Below are positions 57,021 through 64,000 of a stretch of DNA of 64,000 nucleotides, piece after piece; position 1 is the stretch's first letter, and each line of letters opens with the position of its first letter. The notes under the pieces were generated by a model, which was not told the DNA's origin, searched no databases, and saw only the letters and a program-made list of their open reading frames with translations. The DNA is from Candidatus Beckwithbacteria bacterium (lineage in GTDB: Bacteria > Patescibacteriota > Microgenomatia > UBA1400 > CG1-02-47-37): positions 150,062-214,061 of the forward strand of contig JAPLVF010000013.1 of assembly GCA_026397255.1 (NCBI GenBank), written 5' to 3'. The position numbers were made by a program, and so were the translations under genes.

Positions 57021-57175
57021 AGATTTGTTTTTAATCTAGCAATTTGCTTTTTAATTTTTTTTATTTGACTGGTGTCTTTTAATTTATTGGCTTTTAAGTC
57101 CAGCCTAAGCTTGGCCAGGTCTATTTGCAGCTGACTTAAATTTTTTGATGGTTCGGTTTGATCTTTTTTGGTCAT
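57017..57175 (-). CDS. rpmC: 50S ribosomal protein L29
   Basis: Found manually: [52 protein letters not shown]. It has ATGA start/stop overlaps with both rplP and rpsQ. Confidence 0.85.
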   Translation of the reverse strand: MTKKDQTEPSKNLSQLQIDLAKLRLDLKANKLKDTSQIKKIKKQIARLKTNL

Positions 57176-57579
57176 AGTTTAGCAACAAATTTAGTTTTTA
57201 AGGGCAATTTTTGAGTAGCCAAACGGAAAGATTCCCGGGCAGTTGGTTCATCGACACCGGCTAATTCAAAGAGAATCCGGCCGGGACGAATAACACAAAC
57301 ATAGCCTTCAATTTCACCTTTACCACCGCCCATGCGGACGCCCGGACCCTTGTGAGTGTAACTTTTATCAGGAAAAATGCGAATCCATAAACGGCCGCCG
57401 CGCTTAGTTTCATGGGTAATGGCCTTCCGGGCGGCTTCAATTTGCCGGGAAGTCAGCCAACCACAGGTCATCGCCTTAAGGCCAAATTCACCAAATTCTA
57501 TCTTGGCCCCGGCTTGGCTTAAGCCGCGCATTCGGCCGCGAAATTGTTTACGGTATTTTTGGCGTTTAGGCTGAAGCAT
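57172..57579 (-). CDS. rplP: 50S ribosomal protein L16
   Basis: [19 protein letters not shown]. Confidence 0.9.
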   Translation of the reverse strand: MLQPKRQKYRKQFRGRMRGLSQAGAKIEFGEFGLKAMTCGWLTSRQIEAARKAITHETKRGGRLWIRIFPDKSYTHKGPGVRMGGGKGEIEGYVCVIRPGRILFELAGVDEPTARESFRLATQKLPLKTKFVAKL

Positions 57580-57583
57580 ATGG

Positions 57584-58261
57584 TTAATTTATTTCCCCCT
57601 CTCCTTTATAAATCCAGACTTTAATGCCGACATAACCATATTTAGTAAAAGCCGGCTGTTCGAAATAATCAATGTCGCTTCTTAAAGTACTCAAGGGAAT
57701 ACTCCCCTGGCTGAATTTTTCCCGACGGGAAATTTCGGCGCCATTGATACGGCCAGATAAGAGAATTTTAATCCCCTTGGCGCCACTGCTCATGGTTTTT
57801 TCAATTGCCTGAGCCACGGCTCGACGATGAGGATAACGTTTATTAAGCTGTTCGGCAATTCGCAAACCGGTTAATCGGGCAGATAAGTCCGGATTTTTAA
57901 CTTCAACCACGTTAAGCTCAAATTTCGGAGCCTGCCTGCCGGCAGGCAGGCTTTTTCCGGATTTAAGATCCAGCTTTAACTTCCCAATAATGGCTTTCTT
58001 TAGTTCTTCCAGGCCAGCGCCGCCGCGGCCAATCACGACTCCCGGCCGGGCAACAGAAAGAGTAATTTTGATCGTGTTAATTGACCGGTCAATTTTAACG
58101 TCGGTAATCCCGGCCAGTCTAAGTTTTTCAAATAAAAACCGTCGCAGTTTAATGTCCTCTAAAAGAAACTGGTGGTAGGTTTCGCCTTCGGCAAACCAGT
58201 TGGAAACCCAACCATAAAGTTTACCGAGACGAAAACCTAATGGATTAACTTTTTGACCCAT
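57584..58261 (-). CDS. rpsC: 30S ribosomal protein S3
   Basis: [13 protein letters not shown] plus a KH domain. Confidence 0.9.
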   Translation of the reverse strand: MGQKVNPLGFRLGKLYGWVSNWFAEGETYHQFLLEDIKLRRFLFEKLRLAGITDVKIDRSINTIKITLSVARPGVVIGRGGAGLEELKKAIIGKLKLDLKSGKSLPAGRQAPKFELNVVEVKNPDLSARLTGLRIAEQLNKRYPHRRAVAQAIEKTMSSGAKGIKILLSGRINGAEISRREKFSQGSIPLSTLRSDIDYFEQPAFTKYGYVGIKVWIYKGEGEIN

Positions 58262-58607
58262 GTTTATCAGCCTGTGGCTGACTCTCCAGAATAATTTTAA
58301 TGTGACTGGTGCGTTTTTTTATCGGGTGGGCGCGGCCCCGGGAAATCGGCTGTGACCGTTTATAAACCGGTCCGGCGTTCACTTCAATTAATTGAATTGT
58401 CAAACTATCTTTGGCTAAATGATGATTATTAACGGCATTGGCCACCGCCTGCTGTAAAACCTTAAGCACCGGGGTGGCGGCTTTCTGCGGCAAATGTTTT
58501 AATGTCAGCAAGGCTTCGGCAATCGGCATCGGCCGAATTAAGTCGGCAACCAAACGAGCTTTTCTGGGATTAATACGGATAAATTTGCTGGAGGCTTTAA
58601 TTTGCAT
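58245..58607 (-). CDS. rplV: 50S ribosomal protein L22
   Basis: L22 fold motifs. Confidence 0.9.
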   Translation of the reverse strand: MQIKASSKFIRINPRKARLVADLIRPMPIAEALLTLKHLPQKAATPVLKVLQQAVANAVNNHHLAKDSLTIQLIEVNAGPVYKRSQPISRGRAHPIKKRTSHIKIILESQPQADKHGSKS

Positions 58608-58611
58608 ATTT

Positions 58612-58893
58612 TTAGGTTTTGGTTAATAAGCGTTTAACCATCTTGCCGTGACCCCTAAAGGTCCGGGTAGGAGAAAATTCCCCTAAGCGATGGCCGACCA
58701 TAGATTCATTGACAAAAACATCAATAAATTTGCGGCCGTTATGGACCTGAAAAGTCACCCCGACAAACTCCGGCGGAATCTGACTTTTTCTGGACCAGGT
58801 TTTGATGGGTGTTTTTTTACCCACCTCTTTCTGCTTGTTTATTTTCTGCAAAAGCCGCTCATCAACAAATGGTCCTTTTTTTGAGCTGCGCAT
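58612..58893 (-). CDS. rpsS: 30S ribosomal protein S19
   Basis: [15 protein letters not shown]...HNGRKF. Confidence 0.9.
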   Translation of the reverse strand: MRSSKKGPFVDERLLQKINKQKEVGKKTPIKTWSRKSQIPPEFVGVTFQVHNGRKFIDVFVNESMVGHRLGEFSPTRTFRGHGKMVKRLLTKT

Positions 58894-58894
58894 A

Positions 58895-59722
58895 TTATTT
58901 TATCCGCCTGTCTTTAATAATAAATTTTTTAGAATAGCGCCGGCGGCTGCGAGTTTTTTTACCCAAGGTCTTTTTACCCCAAGGAGAAACCGGGGAAGGC
59001 CGGCCAATGCCGGATCGACCTTCGCCGCCGCCATGAGGATGGGAATTAGGATGCTGGGCAATCCCCCGGACAGTCGGTTTAATCCCTAAATGACGCTTCC
59101 GGCCGGCTTTGCCCAGCTTAATGTTTTTTAACTCCGGGTTAGAAACTTCGCCTATTGTAGCATAACAGCTCAGGGAAATTTGCCGGACTTCACCGGAAGG
59201 CAGTTTAATAATCGCTTGTTTGTCTTTACTCTGCAAAACCGCGGCATTGCCGGCAGAGCGAACTAACTGGCCGCCTTTATGGGGGGTAAGCTCCAAATTA
59301 TGAACCAAGCTGCCAACCGGAATGTTGGTTAAGGGCAGGGCATTACCGGGTCTGACCGGAGCGGCCGGACCGGCAATCACTTCGTGGCCAATTTTTAGTC
59401 CCTGGGGGGCTAAAATATATCTTTTCTCGCCATCGGCATAAACTAAAAGGGCAATGTGGGCGGAGCGGTTGGGGTCAAATTCCAAAGTGACCACCTGGGC
59501 AGGAATATCCCGCTTATCGCGCTTAAAATCGATGACCCGATAAAGATGACGGTTTTGACCGCCTTGATGGCGGACGGTTAATTTTCCGGTATTATTCCGG
59601 CCGGCATGATAGGTTAAGGTCCTGATCAGGGTTTTTGGCGGCCGGACTTTGGATAAATAAGATAAATCCAAATCGGTCCGGTGGCGGCGGCTGGAAGTGA
59701 TTGCCTTATGGTGTTTGATCAT
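58895..59722 (-). CDS. rplB: 50S ribosomal protein L2
   Basis: L2 C-terminal ...[10 protein letters not shown]. Confidence 0.9.
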   Translation of the reverse strand: MIKHHKAITSSRRHRTDLDLSYLSKVRPPKTLIRTLTYHAGRNNTGKLTVRHQGGQNRHLYRVIDFKRDKRDIPAQVVTLEFDPNRSAHIALLVYADGEKRYILAPQGLKIGHEVIAGPAAPVRPGNALPLTNIPVGSLVHNLELTPHKGGQLVRSAGNAAVLQSKDKQAIIKLPSGEVRQISLSCYATIGEVSNPELKNIKLGKAGRKRHLGIKPTVRGIAQHPNSHPHGGGEGRSGIGRPSPVSPWGKKTLGKKTRSRRRYSKKFIIKDRRIK

Positions 59723-60036
59723 TGCTTCTTCTCTTTCTTAACTTTCTTTGCCTTTTTCTCTTCAGGCACAGCAAAGTATTCAATCATTTGGCCCGGTTTT
59801 AAAGTAACAACCGTCTTATGCTTGGCGGCCAGGGTAACAGAAAAACCTCTTTTACCGGTCCGGTGGCTTTTAGCAGCATTAGTTAACATCCTGACTTTAA
59901 GGACATTAACATTAAAAGCCTTCTCTACTAATTCCCTAACCTGGGTTTTGGTCGTCTCTTTTGAGACTCCAAAAGTAAATTGGCCAGATTGGGCCAAACG
60001 CATAGATTTTTCGGAAATTACCGGTTTAAGCAACAT
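59719..60036 (-). CDS. rplW: 50S ribosomal protein L23
   Basis: PVISEKSMRLAQSGQFTF. Confidence 0.9.
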   Translation of the reverse strand: MLLKPVISEKSMRLAQSGQFTFGVSKETTKTQVRELVEKAFNVNVLKVRMLTNAAKSHRTGKRGFSVTLAAKHKTVVTLKPGQMIEYFAVPEEKKAKKVKKEKKQ

Positions 60037-60658
60037 AGTGCTTTTCCAAAGCCTTAAGGGCTTCTTTGGTAAAAATTAAATGGCGGCTATTAAGCGCTTG
60101 ATAGGTGTTGAGAGAGGTGGCTAAAGACAAGGTTAAATATTCCAGGTTAGCGGAGCCTCTTTTAATCGTCTGGTTAGTTTTATCTAACAGCAATAATAAT
60201 TTCTTGGGGGATTTAATAAGGGCGTGAAAAATTTTATCAAACGCCTTGGTTTTGGCTTTAACTTTATCTAAACCGTCAACAACTAAAATTTCTTTATTTT
60301 TGAATTTGGTTGTCAGGGCGCTGAATAAGCTTAACTGTTTCATTTTTTGAGGAAATTTAAGGGTGTAATTTTGAGTGCCGGTCGGACCATGGGCCTTGCC
60401 GCCGCCGACAAAAATCGGGGCATTGCGGCTGCCGTGACGGGCACGGCCGGTGCCTTTTTGGCGCCACACTTTAGCCTTGGTAACGTCAACGTCACCGCGG
60501 CGTTTGGTCTGAGCATTAGCCAATCTTTGATTGGCAAGGTAAACCCGAACAGCTTGGGCCATTAAGTTTTGGTTAATTTTGGCCCCGAAAATTTTCTCGC
60601 TCACTGTTAAAGGTGTTAATTTTGTGCCACTGGTAGAATAAACGTCAATTTTTAACAT
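60026..60658 (-). CDS. rplD: 50S ribosomal protein L4
   Basis: L4 family pattern. Confidence 0.9.
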   Translation of the reverse strand: MLKIDVYSTSGTKLTPLTVSEKIFGAKINQNLMAQAVRVYLANQRLANAQTKRRGDVDVTKAKVWRQKGTGRARHGSRNAPIFVGGGKAHGPTGTQNYTLKFPQKMKQLSLFSALTTKFKNKEILVVDGLDKVKAKTKAFDKIFHALIKSPKKLLLLLDKTNQTIKRGSANLEYLTLSLATSLNTYQALNSRHLIFTKEALKALEKHYVA

Positions 60659-61232
60659 GGGCTTTACTTAATTTAATTAATGAGTGACGGGCGCCGGGAA
60701 CAGTGCCGCTGACGACTAAAAGATTGGTGGTGGTATCAAAACTAATCACGGTTAAGTTTCTGACACTAACGGTTTCGTCGCCCATGTGACCGGCCATACG
60801 ATGACCTTTCCAAACCCGACCGGGTGTAGTTCTCATGCCGATTGAGCCGGGAGCCCGTTGACGGTCAGATTGGCCATGGGTTTGGCCGCCAACGCCTTTA
60901 AAATGATGGCGCTTAACCACACCGGCAAAACCCTTACCTTTAGAAATCCCGCTGACTTTAATTAGTTCGCCGGGCTTTAAGACATCAGCCAGTTTGATTT
61001 GATCGTTAATTTTAAGCTGGGGTTCTTCAGTCAGACGGATTTCGCGGCGCCAGAATTTATGGGCGGTTTTTGGCAGTTGACAGAGAATCGCCCAGTAACC
61101 GTCTTTGGCGACGGTTTTTACCTGGACGACAGTTAAAGGCAGGGCCTGAAGTTTAGTCACCACGCTTAAATTACCTTTTTCGTCAAAGACTTGAGAGGTT
61201 TCCAGTTTGGTAACAAAAAAGTCACTAATCAT
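60645..61232 (-). CDS. rplC: 50S ribosomal protein L3
   Basis: L3 family pattern ...FKGVGGQTHGQSDRQRAPGSIG. Confidence 0.9.
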   Translation of the reverse strand: MISDFFVTKLETSQVFDEKGNLSVVTKLQALPLTVVQVKTVAKDGYWAILCQLPKTAHKFWRREIRLTEEPQLKINDQIKLADVLKPGELIKVSGISKGKGFAGVVKRHHFKGVGGQTHGQSDRQRAPGSIGMRTTPGRVWKGHRMAGHMGDETVSVRNLTVISFDTTTNLLVVSGTVPGARHSLIKLSKAHVKN

Positions 61233-61237
61233 ATGAT

Positions 61238-61546
61238 TTACATCCTCACTTCAATTCCCACTCCGGCAGGCAATTCCAGATGCATTAAGCTGTCAATGGT
61301 TTTGTCGGTAGAATCGATAATGTCAATGAGGCGTTTATGGGTTAAAAGTTGAAAGTGCTCCCGGGCGTTTTTATCGGTAAAAGGGCTGGAGTTGACACAA
61401 ATGAGTTTCCTTCTGGTGGGTAGAGGCACCGGTCCAATAACTTTAGCTCCGGTGGAAAGAGCCGTATCCAGAATTTTTTGGCAGCATTCATCGATGATCC
61501 GATGATCATATGATTTTAATCTGATACGTATGCGTCCTTTTGGCAT
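61238..61546 (-). CDS. rpsJ: 30S ribosomal protein S10
   Basis: RIRIRLKSYDHRIID... Confidence 0.9.
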   Translation of the reverse strand: MPKGRIRIRLKSYDHRIIDECCQKILDTALSTGAKVIGPVPLPTRRKLICVNSSPFTDKNAREHFQLLTHKRLIDIIDSTDKTIDSLMHLELPAGVGIEVRM

Positions 61547-61560
61547 AATATTTAAATAGC

Positions 61561-61598
61561 AAGATGAGCCCGAAGGCTCATCTTACCAGATTTTTTTT
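61561..61598. terminator. Stable hairpin with flanking A/T tracts in the tuf-rpsJ spacer (terminator/attenuator-like, could function on either strand)
   Basis: aagatgagcc-cgaa-ggctcatctt has a 10-bp stem and is followed by TTTTTTTT on the plus strand. The minus-strand RNA reads AAAAAAAAUCUGGU-hairpin (UUCG loop)-GCUAUUUAAAUAUU, then the S10 ATG. Confidence 0.4.
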
Positions 61599-61616
61599 AA
61601 GAGTAAATACTGGTTT

Positions 61617-62795
61617 TTAAGCCAGAATTTTAGTAATAACTCCGGCACCGACAGTTAAACCACCCTCGCGGATAGCAAACCTTAAACCTTCTTCTAAGGC
61701 TACCGGCTGAATTAACTTGACGTTCATCTTGGCATCGTCGCCAGGCATGACCATCTCGACGCCTTTTTGCAAAGTCACGTCACCGGTAACATCGGTCGTA
61801 CGGATATAAAACTGGGGTTTATAACCGGAAAAGAAAGGCGTATGGCGACCACCTTCTTCTTTACTCAAGATATAAACCTGAGCCTCAAATTCGGTGTGGG
61901 CCTTAGCTGAACCGGGCTTGGCTAAAACCTGTCCCCGTTCAACCTGGTCTTTTTCAATGCCGCGCAGCAAAATTCCGACATTGTCTCCGGCTAAACCCTC
62001 ATCAAGCTGTTTTCTAAACATCTCGACACCGGTAACAACGGATTTTTTAGTTTCTTTAAGGCCGACGATTTCAATTTCCTCGCCAACTTTAATTTTACCC
62101 CGGTCAATCCGACCGGTAGCGACCGTGCCGCGGCCTTTAATCGAGAAAACATCCTCAACTGCCATTAAGAAAGGCTGGTCGGTCGCCCGTTTCGGCTCGG
62201 GAATGTATTCATCCAAAGCTTTCAATAAAGCTTCGATAGGCTTCTCAGCCTCCGGGTCACCCTGCAAAGCTTTTAAAGCTGAGCCGCGGATAACTGGGAT
62301 TTCTTTACCGGGAAATTCGTACTTGGTTAAGAGTTCACGAATTTCCTCTTCCACCAAATCAATCATTTCTTTATCATCAACCGCATCACATTTGTTTAAG
62401 AAAACCACGATGGCCGGCACGTTAACCTGCCGGGCCAAAAGAATGTGCTCGCGGGTCTGAGGCATTGGACCATCAGTAGCGGCCACCACTAAAATCGCGC
62501 CATCCATCTGGGCGGCACCGGTGATCATGTTCTTGATGTAGTCTTTGTGACCCGGACAGTCAATGTGAGCATAGTGGCGTTTTTCAGTTTCGTACTCCAA
62601 ATGAGTAATGGAAATCGTAATGCCGCGCTCACGTTCCTCCGGGGATTTATCGATGTCCTCGAATTTCATGGCCTGAGCCAGGTTTTTCTTGGCTAAATAT
62701 TGAGTAATGGCCGCTGAAAGCGTGGTTTTACCATGATCGACATGACCAATAGTGCCCACGTTTAAGTGCGGTTTCGTGCGTTTGTAAACTGCCAT
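61617..62795 (-). CDS. tuf: Elongation factor Tu
   Basis: [15 protein letters not shown] and NKCD motifs. 392 aa. Confidence 0.95.
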   Translation of the reverse strand: MAVYKRTKPHLNVGTIGHVDHGKTTLSAAITQYLAKKNLAQAMKFEDIDKSPEERERGITISITHLEYETEKRHYAHIDCPGHKDYIKNMITGAAQMDGAILVVAATDGPMPQTREHILLARQVNVPAIVVFLNKCDAVDDKEMIDLVEEEIRELLTKYEFPGKEIPVIRGSALKALQGDPEAEKPIEALLKALDEYIPEPKRATDQPFLMAVEDVFSIKGRGTVATGRIDRGKIKVGEEIEIVGLKETKKSVVTGVEMFRKQLDEGLAGDNVGILLRGIEKDQVERGQVLAKPGSAKAHTEFEAQVYILSKEEGGRHTPFFSGYKPQFYIRTTDVTGDVTLQKGVEMVMPGDDAKMNVKLIQPVALEEGLRFAIREGGLTVGAGVITKILA

Positions 62796-62845
62796 AAAGC
62801 CTCCTAAATTAGATAATTAGATAAATAGATAGCTAGTTTCATATT

Positions 62846-64000
62846 TTAACGTCTTTTGGAAGATTTTTCATCTCCTGTTTCGGCCGAGCCGGGTTTGGCT
62901 TTGGCAATAATTTTTTGAGCAATATTATTCGGGACTTCTTCATAGTGGCTGGGCTCCATGTAAAAACTGGCCCGGCCTTGAGTCATGGAGCGTAAAATTG
63001 TCGCGTATTGGGGCATTTCCGCCAAGGGAACTTCGGCGTTAATAATTAAGACCCGACCGCGTTTGGCAGTCCCCAAAATCCGAGCGCGTTTTTTAGATAA
63101 ATCGCCAATGACCTCGCCCATGAATTCTTCCGGTGAAGAGACTTCGAGCTTCATAATCGGCTCTAAAAGAACCGGATCAGCTTGTTTGACGGCTGACTGA
63201 AAAGCCATGGAGCCGGCAATTTTGAAGGCAATTTCCGAGGAGTCAACGTCGTGATAAGAACCGTCATAAACGGCCACTTTAACGTCGACTAAAGGAAAGC
63301 CGGCAATCACGCCATTTTCGGCCGCTTCTTTAGCACCTTTACCAATCGGGGGGATAAACTCGCGGGGAATGGAACCGCCGGTAATTTCGGAAACAAACTC
63401 AAAACCTTCCCCACGGGCTTTGGGCTCAACCCGTAGCAAACAGTGACCGTACTGGCCGTGGCCGCCGGTTTGCTTAATATATTTACCTTCAGCCTGGGCG
63501 GCTTTTTTGATGGTCTCTTTGTAGGCAACTTGCGGCTGGCCGGTATTGGCTTCGACATGAAATTCCCGCTTCATCCGGTCCACTAAAATGTCCAGATGCA
63601 GTTCGCCCATGCCGGAAATAATCGTCTGGCCGGTTTCGGGGTCGGATTTAATGGTAAAAGTCGGATCTTCTTCGCCAAGGCGGTTTAAGGCAAAGCCCAT
63701 TTTTTCCTGATCGGCTTTGGTTTTAGGTTCGATCGCCAGGGAAATAACCGGATCGGTAAAGGTAATGCCTTCAAGAACAATCGGGTGAGCATCATCAGTT
63801 AAAGTATTGCCGGTGGTGGTATCTTTTAAACCAACCAGGGCGACAATTTCGCCGGAAAAGGCTTCGGGGATTTCCTCCCGGTCATTGGCATGCATTAATA
63901 ACAGACGGCCGATGCGCTCTTTTTTATCTTTGGTAGAGTTATAGACATAACTACCTGATTTTAAAGTGCCTGAATAAATCCGGACATAAGTTAAACGGCC
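62846..64000 (-). CDS. fusA: Elongation factor G, C-terminal ~385 aa; the N-terminal part lies beyond window end
   Basis: Domains III-V (…[18 protein letters not shown]…). The ORF-track Met at 63895 is internal, and the reading frame remains open to position 64000. Confidence 0.9.
   Translation of the reverse strand, partial: GRLTYVRIYSGTLKSGSYVYNSTKDKKERIGRLLLMHANDREEIPEAFSGEIVALVGLKDTTTGNTLTDDAHPIVLEGITFTDPVISLAIEPKTKADQEKMGFALNRLGEEDPTFTIKSDPETGQTIISGMGELHLDILVDRMKREFHVEANTGQPQVAYKETIKKAAQAEGKYIKQTGGHGQYGHCLLRVEPKARGEGFEFVSEITGGSIPREFIPPIGKGAKEAAENGVIAGFPLVDVKVAVYDGSYHDVDSSEIAFKIAGSMAFQSAVKQADPVLLEPIMKLEVSSPEEFMGEVIGDLSKKRARILGTAKRGRVLIINAEVPLAEMPQYATILRSMTQGRASFYMEPSHYEEVPNNIAQKIIAKAKPGSAETGDEKSSKRR

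Noticed and set aside
1-64000. An alternative genetic code with UGA recoded, as in some CPR lineages
   Set aside because: Long housekeeping ORFs are intact under the standard code, and TGA functions as a stop (for example secF via the REP, rplP, rpmC). No in-frame TGA pattern was seen.

Overview
Reading the sequence by eye suggests a compact bacterial genome fragment in standard genetic code, because TGA acts as a stop throughout. It shows candidate-phyla-radiation-like traits: no L30 gene between rpsE and rplO, a type-Z S14, very tight gene packing and many small exported proteins. The window runs mostly on the minus strand. It starts with a partial sensor kinase and an OmpR-type response regulator, then greA and typA. 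A B12-binding radical-SAM gene follows, exactly bounded by 53-bp direct repeats, then a methyltransferase, a PRTase and the folA-thyA pair. Next come exported and hypothetical proteins, gltX, a PBP5-type carboxypeptidase, aspS, recJ and cca. After cca lies a HigB/HigA-like toxin-antitoxin cassette bounded by an imperfect direct repeat of the cca 3' end. Next is a Y1 HuH (RAYT / IS200-like) transposase gene flanked by inverted palindromic REP-like elements. Four more copies of this palindrome family (two subtypes) are dispersed through the window and supply the last codons of two genes. After that come secDF, exported and DUF proteins, rdgB, uppP, RNase P RNA, a P-type ATPase, miaA-miaB, hup, rny and recX-recA. 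A tRNA-Pro(GGG) is fused directly to the start of a DUF2207 membrane-protein gene. A block of exported nuclease and lipoprotein genes, dus and a stand-alone Cas4-like nuclease follow. The window ends with a long ribosomal cluster (rpsI-rplM, rplQ-rpoA-rpsD-rpsK-rpsM-rpmJ-infA, a kinase-like gene, adk, secY and the spc/S10 genes), tuf and the C-terminal part of fusA. No CRISPR array or rRNA gene was seen. All calls rest on manual motif recognition, and no database search was possible.
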